This document shows positions 51,247 through 61,116 of a DNA stretch of 64,000 bases, one piece after another. Each line of letters begins with the position of its first letter. The stretch's first letter is position 1. A program made the translations under genes and the position numbers. Location: NCBI GenBank assembly GCA_038727135.1, contig JAVYWL010000001.1, forward strand, positions 576,001 through 640,000, in the 5' to 3' direction. This DNA comes from Candidatus Bathyarchaeia archaeon. GTDB taxonomy: Archaea; Thermoproteota; Bathyarchaeia; Bathyarchaeales; Bathycorpusculaceae. The notes under the pieces were generated by a model. That model did no database searches and was not told the DNA's origin. It saw only the letters and a program-made list of their open reading frames with translations.

Positions 51247-52137
51247 ATGTTAAGGACAAATGTTGACAAACTTGTTAAGATTTCTGTCGTGGGCGAGGTG
51301 GCAAGCCCAATTTATGGAAGAGGCATATACAACATTTCAGCCGAAGGAGTGCCGTTGGTCTTGCCAGGCGTAGGCGGAATAACCTACAACGTGAGGGTTG
51401 GCGACCCGGCTTGCGGCTGGGAAGCGGACCACGTTGAACCCGGCGTGAGCATAGAAAACAAGGAGAATGATCCCACTTTTGGTCGTGGTGCCAACACAGC
51501 TTTAAACGTGCTTTCATGTGTGGGGAATGAAGCTGTTGTGTTTTCTGGCGACGCCAAAGGCGCAAAAGGGGTTGTCACCGGGAAGCATGGCGGGATAGAG
51601 CATGTGCTTGTGGATTTTCAGCCTGAAACTCTTGAAAAGCTTATGTTGGGCGATAAAGTTTTGGTGAAGGCATTCGGCGTTGGCTTGAAGCTTTTGGATT
51701 TTCCAGAAATTAAGGTTATGAATATGGACCCCCGTTTCTTGGAAGCTTTAGACCCGAAGCCGGTGGGCGACAAGTTGGAGGTTCCGGTGACGCATGTTAT
51801 TCCAGCGGCGATTATGGGTTCTGGTTTAGGCGCAAACCAGACTTATTCTGGGGATTATGACATACAACTTTTCGATGAAGCCACACGGAAGGAGTATGGA
51901 CTTGACGATTTGAGACTTGGAGACTTGGTGGCTATACTGGACGCGGACCATTCTTATGGGCGAATATACCGCAAGGGCGCCGTTTCAGTGGGCATAGTTG
52001 TCCACACAAACTGTGTAACTTCTGGGCATGGTCCAGGCGTCACAACTTTGTTTACTTCGTCTACTGGGAAGATTATCCCCAGAATAGATTCTAAGGCTAA
52101 CATTGCTTGCATTTTGAAATTGAGAACAGATATATAG
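51247..52137 (+). CDS. DUF4438 family protein
   Basis: LPGVGGITYNV.VGD, ADHVEPGVS, GKHGG.EH, MGSG.G, GHGPGVT. Confidence 0.85.
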   Translation: MLRTNVDKLVKISVVGEVASPIYGRGIYNISAEGVPLVLPGVGGITYNVRVGDPACGWEADHVEPGVSIENKENDPTFGRGANTALNVLSCVGNEAVVFSGDAKGAKGVVTGKHGGIEHVLVDFQPETLEKLMLGDKVLVKAFGVGLKLLDFPEIKVMNMDPRFLEALDPKPVGDKLEVPVTHVIPAAIMGSGLGANQTYSGDYDIQLFDEATRKEYGLDDLRLGDLVAILDADHSYGRIYRKGAVSVGIVVHTNCVTSGHGPGVTTLFTSSTGKIIPRIDSKANIACILKLRTDI

Positions 52138-52181
52138 GCGTGCATGGCTATATCATGCATAGAATTGCTTGTGGGTTAGTT

Positions 52182-52472
52182 ATGCCATACAAGAGGAAGA
52201 GTCGTGGAAGGTCGAAGGGCGCCAAAGGCAGAAGTGGCTTTGTCCAGTGTGCCAACTGCGGGGAACTTGTGCCACGGGATAAAGCCAAAAAGGTTACGCG
52301 GAGACTTTCTCTAGTGGATCCAGCCTTAGCTAGGGAGCTTCGTCAAAAAGGCGCTTATATTTCGGCGCCAGTTGACACAAAATATTATTGTGTTTCATGC
52401 GCTGTTCATTATGGTATTGTGAAGGTTCGAGCCAGAGAAGAGCGTAAACTTCGCATTGGCAGAAGGTTCTAG
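52182..52472 (+). CDS. rps26e: 30S ribosomal protein S26e
   Basis: KRKSRGRSKG, QC.NCG..VPRDKA, YCVSCAVH..IV.VR. Confidence 0.95.
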   Translation: MPYKRKSRGRSKGAKGRSGFVQCANCGELVPRDKAKKVTRRLSLVDPALARELRQKGAYISAPVDTKYYCVSCAVHYGIVKVRAREERKLRIGRRF

Positions 52473-53083
52473 CCTTCCGGCTTTGCTTCTCCTTTCTTCT
52501 TTAACGCTTTATACGCGTATAGGCTTCTCTGCAGCACTGTTAGATTTGTGAACACCGCCAACAATATCATGCCAGCTTCGATAACGCCCGCAAAGAATAT
52601 TTCGGCTATGCTTGCCGCTGCGATTATGATTATGCGTTCAGCCCTTTCAGCCAAACCAACAGTCTCCATTTTTATGCCCGCTGCTTCAGCTCTGGCACGG
52701 GAATAGCTTACCAGCAAAGAGCCTATAAGGGATATTAGCCCCCAAGGAACCGAGCACAATTCGCCCAATATTATGCCCACATAAACCGCTGAGTCCGCAT
52801 ACCTATCGAGAAGGGAGTCCAAGAAGCCCCCGAAGGGTGTTTCTTTTTCGCATAGTCTTGCCAAGGCTCCGTCCAGCATGTCGCAGTATCCCGAAAGAAG
52901 CAGTAGAACAACAGCCAAAGCCAGCGTTACTGTCTGACGTCCACTGGTGTAGGCTGTTGCCGAGAATAGGGCTAAAACTATGCCTATAGCGCTTATAATG
53001 TTTGGTGTCAAGCCTAACTTGTTGGCTGTTTGAGCTTGTGCTTTTATGGCTGACTGCACTTTGGCTTTTAACTTTGTCAGCAT
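52469..53083 (-). CDS. pgsA: CDP-alcohol phosphatidyltransferase (archaetidylinositol phosphate synthase-like)
   Basis: TPN, D.LDGALAR...GG.LDS.LDR..D, SY.RARAE, ERAER. Confidence 0.88.
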   Translation of the reverse strand: MLTKLKAKVQSAIKAQAQTANKLGLTPNIISAIGIVLALFSATAYTSGRQTVTLALAVVLLLLSGYCDMLDGALARLCEKETPFGGFLDSLLDRYADSAVYVGIILGELCSVPWGLISLIGSLLVSYSRARAEAAGIKMETVGLAERAERIIIIAAASIAEIFFAGVIEAGMILLAVFTNLTVLQRSLYAYKALKKKGEAKPEG

Positions 53084-53157
53084 GGTTTTCGCTTCTTCTG
53101 TGTGGCAATTCTTATTTAAAAATTACAACACAACCTATAGGGCTGTGGGGGACAGCT

Positions 53158-53451
53158 TTGATAAGTGTTGCTCAGGTTAAGGTAGGCGAGAAAACATGTT
53201 TAGGCGTTAGGGTTGAGCTTCCAGATTCGCCGCCGCTACTGCTGGTTGTGGCGGAGAAGGGCTTCGTTATGTGCGGCTTCCTAAACATTGAGGCTGCAGA
53301 ACGCCTAAGCGTGGCAGCAGCCATGGTCAGCGGAGTAAAAACCTTCGAGGATGTTTTAAATGCCGAGATTAAAGCCGCCACAACAAAGGCTAAAGGGTTA
53401 GGCGTTCAGCTTGGAATGCGGGGCGCAGAAGCCTTAAAGCATATGCTTTAA
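53158..53451 (+). CDS. DUF1805/YunC family protein
   Basis: KGFVMCGFLN, AA.V.GVKT.ED.L, GM.G.EAL; TTG start. Confidence 0.85.
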   Translation: MISVAQVKVGEKTCLGVRVELPDSPPLLLVVAEKGFVMCGFLNIEAAERLSVAAAMVSGVKTFEDVLNAEIKAATTKAKGLGVQLGMRGAEALKHML

Positions 53452-53454
53452 ATG

Positions 53455-53590
53455 TCAATTTTGCTGAGGGTGGCGAACTGCAAAATTGATAGCCCCTCTC
53501 TATAGATTTTGGCTATCGGGAAAATGGTTGTTGAAAACTGTTTAAAGTGACCTCCCCCCTCCCTCTAGCCTTTTCTATGAATTTTTAGCT
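53455..53590 (+). repeat. Degenerate intergenic element similar to 6615-6750 (minus strand)
   Basis: Hairpin TCAATTTTGC...GCAAAATTGA followed by two C-rich CCCCTC blocks and GAAA.TGGTTGT, in the same order as the aspS-downstream copy. Confidence 0.45.
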
Positions 53591-53618
53591 GAGAAAACCG
53601 CCAATAGTGACTCTACCT

Positions 53619-54414
53619 CTATAGTGATGGCAGATATTTAGGTTGGTACCTCCACATGTCCTTTCCAACTTTCTCGGAGGGGATCCCTTCTCGAATTAGA
53701 AGTTCTCTCAGTTCGTCAACAACTTCTTGGACTATTTTACGTTTTAAGTTGAAGGCTTCGCTGTCGAAACTGTTGGTTTGGACCAGTTGCCTTATCTTTT
53801 CCTCATATTTTTCTGGTTCCTTTTCCAATTTTCGCAGTTCACGAAGCCTCCATTTCCGATAAGGCATAAAATTGTTGTTAATGATGAAGAGGAGGGCTGT
53901 AAATATTTCAACGGCGTTGTTTAGGCAAAGTTGCGCGGTAATTGGGTCCTTTCTCAGCAGTGCCTTTTTCGAAATTGTACGGTGCCTCCGCCCATCCATA
54001 ATAGAAGTAGGAGAACATTTTCTCCCTTCGAATGTCTTCGGGATACCTCCTATACTTCTCTAACAAGCGGCTCACTTTTCCTGTTGGGTCATACATTATT
54101 TTCGATGTGGAATATACCCATAGATTAATGTCGTTTTGCCAACCGCTTAGTTTGGATTCTAGCCTTTCGAAAGGGGTCCATTCCCAGCAAACCTCAACGC
54201 CTTCATATATGGTTTCATCGGCTAAGAAAACGCCCTCTCGGTAACGTTCCTCTGTAATTATAACTTCAAAATCCAAATCTACAAACTGTCTCTTACACCT
54301 ATGGCGGCGGAGCCTTCCAACAAAACGCCCAAAACATCATCGCAGCCAACGAACTTTTCATTTACAAATTTCCTTGCAATTTTTAAAAGACTCGCCAAGA
54401 ATTGAAGCCTCCAT
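53619..54414 (-). pseudogene. Pol-beta-type nucleotidyltransferase plus helical domain, three frameshifts
   Basis: GVLLEGSAAIGVRD / FVDLDFEVI motif split by a frameshift; further shifts near 54385 and in the A-run near 53967. Confidence 0.7.
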
Positions 54415-54457
54415 GACTTTTAATTGTTAAAGTGCCTTAATTTTGTTGGAAAGGTTG

Positions 54458-54817
54458 CTATAAGAGTAGAAGCTCTAATGGTTTTAGCTCGCCTGTCACA
54501 GGGTCGACTTGCAGTCCGAGTTCTTCAAGGGTTGTTACGCCCAGAACTTCAGCGTCTGATTTTTCGCCGAAAATTATGATCGAGTAAGTGCTCTGCCCAT
54601 CTATCTCTATTTCCGCGGCTCCAACCTCCCGCTCGACAAGTCTCCCATCAGCCGTTTTGAATTTCCGCTTTCCCTTTGGCTTTATTCGGAGGCCTTCAAG
54701 AAACTCACGTTTAACCATTGTGTATATTGAGCCTGTGTCGGCGAGAAGTTCCCTTTCGACTTCCAGTTCTGGATTGTGGATGTTTCGAATCTTTACCTTG
54801 ACCTTACCATAACCCAT
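54458..54817 (-). CDS. Clan AA retropepsin-like aspartyl protease
   Basis: LADTGS.YT, TADG, LG.TTLEELGL.VDP. Confidence 0.88.
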   Translation of the reverse strand: MGYGKVKVKIRNIHNPELEVERELLADTGSIYTMVKREFLEGLRIKPKGKRKFKTADGRLVEREVGAAEIEIDGQSTYSIIIFGEKSDAEVLGVTTLEELGLQVDPVTGELKPLELLLL

Positions 54818-54897
54818 CTTGGCACTTCTCCATTGAATTATTCTTTTGACAACACTAATAAGTGCTTCCCAGCATATCACTGAAACTGGCTGTGGAC

Positions 54898-55500
54898 ATG
54901 AACTCATCAAGGGAGGCTGTTTTGGAGGCTGTTGCTTCAGAGGTTAGGGCTTGCAAAAAGTGTGGTCTTTGGAGAACCCGGAAAAACGCTGTTCCAGGCG
55001 AGGGAGACTCAAACGCCAAAATGATGCTTATTGGGGAGGCCCCGGGCTACTGGGAAGATGTCAAGGGCAGACCTTTTGTTGGGGCTGCCGGAAAGTTTTT
55101 GGATAATCTTTTGGCTGAGGCTGGTCTTTTGCGGGGTCAAGTCTTTATTGGGAATGTTTTGAAGTGCCGCCCGCCGGGGAACCGTGAGCCAGCGCCCTCT
55201 GAAATTGAGGCTTGCACGCCGTTTTTGGATCGGCAGATAATGGCTATAAAACCAAAACTCGTAGTCACCCTTGGAAAATATTCAACTGCGTATATTTTCG
55301 CAAAGGCTGGAATACCTTTCCGGGGAATAACAGAGGCTAGGGGAAAATTTTATCCGGCAAATGTTTTAGGCTTGGCTGTAGTGGTTTTTCCAACTTTTCA
55401 TCCGGCAGCTGGACTTTACAGTGCAAAATATAAACAATTGCTCATTGGCGATTTTAGGCTGCTCAAGGCGAAAATCCAAGAGTTGGGCTTAGCCGTTTAA
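54898..55500 (+). CDS. udg: Uracil-DNA glycosylase family 4
   Basis: C..C.L, GEAPG..ED..G.PFVG.AG, KCRPPGNR, HPAA. Confidence 0.93.
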   Translation: MNSSREAVLEAVASEVRACKKCGLWRTRKNAVPGEGDSNAKMMLIGEAPGYWEDVKGRPFVGAAGKFLDNLLAEAGLLRGQVFIGNVLKCRPPGNREPAPSEIEACTPFLDRQIMAIKPKLVVTLGKYSTAYIFAKAGIPFRGITEARGKFYPANVLGLAVVVFPTFHPAAGLYSAKYKQLLIGDFRLLKAKIQELGLAV

Positions 55501-56411
55501 CCCAACTTTTTGGCGGCCTTCAACTCCTTTAGGACTTCTTCTGGGTTTTTGTATGTTTTTGACGGCAGTTCCGCCAGCAGCTCCGCAAGCCTAACCTGTT
55601 TGCCCTCTTCGATTTCCACAAGCCTCCAGCCAACTTTTTTAATAAGCATGCTTTTTGGTGCTGGATACCATGTTTTTTCAATAACGCTTTTTATGGATTC
55701 CAAGCCAACAGAGCCTGTGATTTTTGGGAATTTCCCGCTGGAGAGGTATTGCCTAAAGCGTAGTCCGTCCTCGAACATGGCGAGGTTATTGAAAAGCACA
55801 TAAACCGTTTTGTCCTCTGCCTCAAAATTTTTGGCTATTTCGCTGAGTTGCCGCAGTTCCCCGTCTGTGTACTGGTAATAGTATAATTCCTCACCTAAGC
55901 CATGCAGCCTAAAATAGACTGTTTGGCTCGTGTAGGCTGGCAAAACTCTAAATGGGTCTGTCACATGCACCACATCTAAGCGGCTTAAAACTTGCCTTAG
56001 CCTTTCATAGACCTCTGGTTTTTCCCATTCTGGTCCGCGGGTCTCCCATACAAGGGTTAAGCCTTCACGGTCCACAGCCCCGAAGAATTTTTCTGCTTCG
56101 CTGAGCTTGTCTGGTCGGAAGGAGCCGGGCGTCTGTATCAGCAGTATTTTCGCCTCCAGTGTTTTGCATATTTGTTTCATGGTTTCGAAGGCTTTTCTGC
56201 TTGTTTCGTCCAGCCGCATTTTCGCTTTGTGGCTTATGTCTTGGTGGGCTTTGACTGTGAATTCGAAGTTTTCCGGTGCTTTCTCACGCCATCCCTCAAC
56301 AGTCTCCAGCCTTGGATACTCGTAGAATGTGCTGTTCAGCTCCACTAGGTTGTAGTTTTCAAAGTAGCGTTTCATGCTCGTTGGGAAACCGCAACACCCA
56401 ACCTTTATCAA
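55497..56411 (-). CDS. DUF72 family protein with extra C-terminal domain
   Basis: VG.CGF, VELNSTFY, VKA...I.H, LIQTP.SF, YFRLHG, FNN. Confidence 0.88.
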   Translation of the reverse strand: MIKVGCCGFPTSMKRYFENYNLVELNSTFYEYPRLETVEGWREKAPENFEFTVKAHQDISHKAKMRLDETSRKAFETMKQICKTLEAKILLIQTPGSFRPDKLSEAEKFFGAVDREGLTLVWETRGPEWEKPEVYERLRQVLSRLDVVHVTDPFRVLPAYTSQTVYFRLHGLGEELYYYQYTDGELRQLSEIAKNFEAEDKTVYVLFNNLAMFEDGLRFRQYLSSGKFPKITGSVGLESIKSVIEKTWYPAPKSMLIKKVGWRLVEIEEGKQVRLAELLAELPSKTYKNPEEVLKELKAAKKLG

Positions 56412-56434
56412 GGCTTAAATCGCCTCGCACATGC

Positions 56435-57202
56435 TTATGTGCTTACTTTTGGGGGTGGGCGGACCGCCTTGCCAAGCTTCCTTCTTAGGGCTATGCGGTA
56501 AAGCTTCCTTAAAGACTTTACAAGCTGCTCAACGGTTGGCAGAGTCGAATAAATTAGGGGTATACGGTCATACTCCGCCAGCCTAATCGAATATTCGTCC
56601 GGCTTCACACCATGAAAAACAACAACTTTCGGTTTTAGGCTGCTCATTCGAACAAGCATCATGGGAGAATTCTCATCTCCGATGTTTGTGAAGATTAGGG
56701 CTCTTTCTGTTGTGGCTCCGAAAAGCTGTGAATACTCAAAACCCGAAAGCGTCTCAATGGTCTTCTTGCTGTCCACAACCGTATAGCCCAAAACATCCCT
56801 AACGTTTAGGCTGGAACAAGCCACAATTTCGCCTTTGATGGCTTTACATAAATATTCTACGCGTACTGGGATGGGGAACTCACGTAAATCAATAACAGCC
56901 ATGCTTGGCGAACTTGTAAGTTTTGCGAACTCGCGGATGAAGCGGCTCCCCCGCTCCTCATCAATCTTTAGTAGTGCCCAAACAAAACGGCGGACAAACT
57001 TTGTTCCCGGGCTTTTGCGTCTTCCGCTTTCATAATCGCTTATCACAGATGGCGAAAGCATCATTTTATCAGAAAGTGTTATCTGGGAAATGCCGAAAAG
57101 CTCTCGCCACTTCCGCATGGTGGCGCCCGGCTTGTTGGAGAGGATAATCTCGCCGGCAATTCGTCTTGCAAGAACTTCGCGAACGCTTGGAGACACAGAC
57201 AT
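56435..57202 (-). CDS. XRE-family HTH regulator (archaeal, DRTGG-like C-terminus)
   Basis: IAGEI..S..PG..MRKWRE.F, SVISDYESGRRKSPG, ERALIFT. Confidence 0.85.
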   Translation of the reverse strand: MSVSPSVREVLARRIAGEIILSNKPGATMRKWRELFGISQITLSDKMMLSPSVISDYESGRRKSPGTKFVRRFVWALLKIDEERGSRFIREFAKLTSSPSMAVIDLREFPIPVRVEYLCKAIKGEIVACSSLNVRDVLGYTVVDSKKTIETLSGFEYSQLFGATTERALIFTNIGDENSPMMLVRMSSLKPKVVVFHGVKPDEYSIRLAEYDRIPLIYSTLPTVEQLVKSLRKLYRIALRRKLGKAVRPPPKVST

Positions 57203-57315
57203 ACTAATGTTACCCTTCTAGTCCGCCAAGATTCACCTCTAGAAACATGCCGATATAAAACTGTACCGCTTTTGTGGCACGGGGGTGGTGAGATAAAGAA
57301 AAAGGATGGAGTGGG

Positions 57316-58362
57316 TTAGAGGATGGACTCTCTGTTAAGCGGAAACGCCGTAGTCGCCCGAATGTCATCAGCGCCTAAGACAAACTGTGTCACCCTGTTA
57401 AGCCCTATGCCACACCCGGAATGTAGAATTCGGTGCTCCTTGTAGAAATCCAAGTACCAATCGAAGTCTTCGATGCTTCCACCTTTTTCCACAAGCTGCT
57501 TAAACATTGTTGAGTTCACAAGCCTCTCGTAAAGTTTCTCGTAGCGGTATTCCCGTTCAGCCGCGCCGACGGCTTCTCCGCTCATGGGCAGTAGTAAATC
57601 TGCACTGTTGACAATGTTTGGGTTTTCGTCGTTTTCTCTCATGTTGAAGAATTTTATGGCTTTGGGAAAGTGGGTCACAAACAGTGGCTTATTGCCAACC
57701 ATATGGACAAGAGCTTTTTCATGCGTGCTTTTTAGGTCGTCGCCCCATTTTACGCCATAATCCGCCAGCAGACCGACAGCCTCTGTATAGGTTATTTTTT
57801 CGAAAGGCTTCCTAACCCGCTTTAAACGCTCCGAATCCACGCCGAGAAGCTCCAGTTCCTTTTCACGTTCGGCAAGCACGCAGCCCACCATTGAGCATAT
57901 TACGCCCTCAATGTGTTCTAACAGCTGCCTAAAGTCCCCGGCGAACTCCAACTCTATTAAGGTGAACTCTGTCAAGTGGCGTTCATCCACGGATGGCTCA
58001 GCCCTGAAGCTTGGTCCGATGCACCAGACCTTGCCGAGGAATGGTGTTAAAACCTCTAGGTAGAGTTGGGCTGTTTGGCTTAGGTAGCGCTTTCTGCCAA
58101 AATAGTCCACCTCAAACATCGTGGCAATATTTTCACACGCACCAGTTGCCCTTGTTAGGTGAGGAACAACAATCTCAATGAAGCCATGCTCCTCAAAGTA
58201 GCGTCTAGCACCCTTCAGTAGGCTTGCCTCAATTTTAACAACAGCCGACAATTCTGGCTTCGAAAGAAGTTCGTGGCGATTTTTTGTCTCTTTTAGAATG
58301 GAAAGGGGTTTTACACTTTGCTTTTCAGAAATTTTTCCAATCTCACTAAGTTGGGTCTCCAC
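57316..58362 (-). CDS. AsnRS-like protein lacking the anticodon domain (archaeal asparagine synthetase A type)
   Basis: Class II core only: ATGACE, LSQTAQLYLE, SFRAE....RHL.EF..IE, EAVG...RE, G.GIG..R; start uncertain. Confidence 0.8.
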   Translation of the reverse strand: METQLSEIGKISEKQSVKPLSILKETKNRHELLSKPELSAVVKIEASLLKGARRYFEEHGFIEIVVPHLTRATGACENIATMFEVDYFGRKRYLSQTAQLYLEVLTPFLGKVWCIGPSFRAEPSVDERHLTEFTLIELEFAGDFRQLLEHIEGVICSMVGCVLAEREKELELLGVDSERLKRVRKPFEKITYTEAVGLLADYGVKWGDDLKSTHEKALVHMVGNKPLFVTHFPKAIKFFNMRENDENPNIVNSADLLLPMSGEAVGAAEREYRYEKLYERLVNSTMFKQLVEKGGSIEDFDWYLDFYKEHRILHSGCGIGLNRVTQFVLGADDIRATTAFPLNRESIL

Positions 58363-58431
58363 GACCCACACCGGGGATTCAAGGTTCAACCATATAAACC
58401 TTTTCAACAAGCTTTGTGAAAAACGGGCTAG

Positions 58432-59334
58432 TTAGTCCATGAAAATTAGGAAGATTCCAGCCACCACCATGATGGAGCCTACAGCAATTCTAACAGTCAC
58501 TTTCTCCCGTAGAAGGATCACACCAGATAAAGCCGAAAACAAGGGTGTCGTTGAAGATATCGGCACGGCTTGTGATTCTGGGATGTAGATGAAGCTTGTC
58601 GTTAGAAGAAACCATCCAAGTCCTATAGCTATTAAGCCACCAGCCAAAAGCATACCCGCAACCTTTAACCGCATTTCCCGAACTAAACGTTTTGCACCGC
58701 CGAAGGGAGTCAAAGCCAACAGAAAAATTGTCACCGCCACAAGTCTTAAGGCGTTTATGGCGTAGGCTTGCTCCAGACTGGCGGTTGCTTTAACAGCCAA
58801 ATTAATCATTGAAATGCTCACAGACCAAGCAACAGCCGTTGCCAAAGCAAAAATAAGACCTCTCATGCGAAGTTTCATCTGACGCCTATTCTTGTCTACA
58901 CTTTTTTGTCTCTGCTCACCCGTTAAAAGCCAAACTCCAAAAACAATCGCCAAAGCACCAAAGACAACCGGCAACGTGATATTCTCACCAGCCAAAAAAT
59001 AAGCCCAAACAAGGCTGAAAAGAGGGTAAATGCACGTTATCGGAACAGCCCGCGCAACCCCAAGGATTTCAAGGCTGTTCATATAAAGTGTATCACCTAA
59101 ACCTAACCCAATTAAACCACTAACAGAGGCTAACATAATAACTTGAGCTGGCAGACCGGCGAAAACGTGAACTTTTCCGATTAAGGCGAAAATCAAAACC
59201 AAAACAAGGCTTGTCCCGACGCAGCGCACAATATTCGCCGAAACTGGCTTTGTTTCAGCCAAAGCCTTCTTGTAAAGCACAGCCGAAAAAGTCCAGCATA
59301 AAGCTGCTCCAAGGGCAGCCAACTCGCCAATCAT
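58432..59334 (-). CDS. DMT/EamA family transporter
   Basis: About 10 TM helices, duplicated EamA pattern (LAGENIT; LLREKVT). Confidence 0.9.
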   Translation of the reverse strand: MIGELAALGAALCWTFSAVLYKKALAETKPVSANIVRCVGTSLVLVLIFALIGKVHVFAGLPAQVIMLASVSGLIGLGLGDTLYMNSLEILGVARAVPITCIYPLFSLVWAYFLAGENITLPVVFGALAIVFGVWLLTGEQRQKSVDKNRRQMKLRMRGLIFALATAVAWSVSISMINLAVKATASLEQAYAINALRLVAVTIFLLALTPFGGAKRLVREMRLKVAGMLLAGGLIAIGLGWFLLTTSFIYIPESQAVPISSTTPLFSALSGVILLREKVTVRIAVGSIMVVAGIFLIFMD

Positions 59335-59408
59335 TATAGACAGCCAACTTTAGAGGAGAAACTGCTAAAACCATTAAAATATTTTAATCTTTCATGAGCT
59401 GAACTGGA

Positions 59409-60107
59409 ATGCAGTCCCTCACTGTTTACTGGTGCGCAGAAGTTACCTCAAAATTTCCACAGCTAGCCATAAGCATAGGCACAATAAACAACGTTATGGT
59501 GGAGAAGGAAAACCTGAAAATAAAAGAGCTTAAAAAAGCCTTGTACGCGGAGGCCAGAGCCCAACATGCTATTGAAGGGCTTAAGGAAAACCCAACCGTT
59601 AGAGCCTACAGAGACTTTTATTGGCGGCTTGGCATAGACCCAACCAAAACAAGGCCTTCAGGCGAAGCGCTGCTTAGGCGGGTTTTACATGGCGATGAAC
59701 TCCCAACCATCTCAACGGCTGTGGATGCCTACAATTTGGCTTCTATGAAGACAATAATTCCCATAAGCGGCTTTGATAGGGACACGCTTAATCCACCCTT
59801 CAACGTGCGGTTTGCGGAGAACGGCGAGCCATTCACTGGGATTGGAATGGAAAAGCCAATGGCGTTGACAAGTAACATGCTTGTTTTAGCCGACACCAGA
59901 AGGGTTTTATGTATATATCCCCACAGAGACGCAGACCAAACGAAAATCACGCTTAACACAAAAAACATACTTTTGGTGGCGTATGGTGCGCCGGGAATAA
60001 CCCACCAGCAGCTTGAAGAGGCGGTTAAGACAGCCTTAGAATACATTAGGGCGTGCTGCGGAGGAGAAGTTGAAATGATAAAGGTTTTTAGCTCCACACC
60101 AAAATAG
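59409..60107 (+). CDS. Standalone B3/4 (PheT-like tRNA-editing) domain protein
   Basis: AYR.FY..LGIDPTKTRPSGEALLRR, VDAYNLAS, D, PHRD. Confidence 0.88.
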   Translation: MQSLTVYWCAEVTSKFPQLAISIGTINNVMVEKENLKIKELKKALYAEARAQHAIEGLKENPTVRAYRDFYWRLGIDPTKTRPSGEALLRRVLHGDELPTISTAVDAYNLASMKTIIPISGFDRDTLNPPFNVRFAENGEPFTGIGMEKPMALTSNMLVLADTRRVLCIYPHRDADQTKITLNTKNILLVAYGAPGITHQQLEEAVKTALEYIRACCGGEVEMIKVFSSTPK

Positions 60108-60124
60108 GTTCTGGGTGCTTAGCC

Positions 60125-60895
60125 TTGTCCTTTAAAGAGAAAATGGCCGAAACGGCCAGAAAAAGGGGGTCAAACATCGTTTTGGCTTTAGACTTCCCCT
60201 ACGAAAAGCCTGAAAGCCGCCAAACCCTCTGTAAAAGGGCTGAAAAGATTATTGAAGATGTGGGTTCCTACATCTGTGCCGTCAAATTTAACCATCACCT
60301 TGTTTTGCCGCTGGGAGTCTTCAACGGCGTCCAAAAACTCTTGGAAAAGGCGCGTGAAAAAGGGCTTCTCACTATAATGGACTGCAAGGTAAACGACATA
60401 GGCTCAACAAACCAGGTAATCGCCGAATACTACTATGAGGCTGGCTTCGACGCTTTGATTGCTAATCCCTTCGTTGGGTGGGAGGAAGGCCTAAAACCAG
60501 TCTTCGAAGTGGCAAGTAATCAGCGTAAAGGTGTTATCCTACTCGTCTATATGAGCCATAAAGGAGCTGGCGAAGGCTATGGGCAAATAGTGGTGGACGC
60601 CGAAAGCGGACAGAAAAAGCCTCAATATATTATTTTTGCCGAAAAAGCTCTAACGTGGGGTGCGGATGGCGTTGTGGTCGGCGCTACGTACCCTGAAAAA
60701 ATAAGGGAAGTGTACAAGGTTTTGGGCAGGAAAATCCCGATTTATTCGCCGGGGGTGGGTGTTCAAGGGGGTGAAATAGAATCCACCATAAAGGCTGGCG
60801 CCTCCTACATCATTGTGGGGCGGGCTATAACCCTTTCCGAAAATCCGGCTGAAACAGCCAAAAGGATTAGGGACGCTGCCAAAAGCGTTAAATGA
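60125..60895 (+). CDS. pyrF: Orotidine-5'-phosphate decarboxylase
   Basis: ALD, DCKVNDIGST, VVGAT, SPGVG.QGG, IVGR.I. Confidence 0.95.
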   Translation: MSFKEKMAETARKRGSNIVLALDFPYEKPESRQTLCKRAEKIIEDVGSYICAVKFNHHLVLPLGVFNGVQKLLEKAREKGLLTIMDCKVNDIGSTNQVIAEYYYEAGFDALIANPFVGWEEGLKPVFEVASNQRKGVILLVYMSHKGAGEGYGQIVVDAESGQKKPQYIIFAEKALTWGADGVVVGATYPEKIREVYKVLGRKIPIYSPGVGVQGGEIESTIKAGASYIIVGRAITLSENPAETAKRIRDAAKSVK

Positions 60896-60914
60896 AAAGG
60901 GGATTGTGCGCGAT

Positions 60915-61067
60915 TTATCTCTCCTTCCTTTCCCAAAGCTCCTTTTTGAGAAGGTCTCTTACAGCCGACCTTATGGCTGCGCTTCTGCTGGGATACATGT
61001 TCGCCCTCACAAGCTCGTCTAACCCTTCCAAATAGGCTTCGGGTAACAGCACTGTTACGAGTTTCAC
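60915..61067 (-). CDS. Small CopG/RHH regulator (CdrS-like), 50 aa
   Basis: MKLVTVLLPEAYLEGLDELVRANMYPSRSAAIRSAVRDLLKKELWERKER*; GTG start with GGGGTG RBS; below ORF-track cutoff. Confidence 0.85.
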   Translation of the reverse strand: MKLVTVLLPEAYLEGLDELVRANMYPSRSAAIRSAVRDLLKKELWERKER

Positions 61068-61116
61068 TCTCCCACCCCTAACATGTTATGCTTATAATAT
61101 GCTCCAAATATAAGAT

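Noticed and set aside
52141-52160. TGCATG-N7-CATGCA palindrome before rps26e
   Set aside because: Only 6 bp and overlaps a TATA-like sequence; not enough to assign a function.
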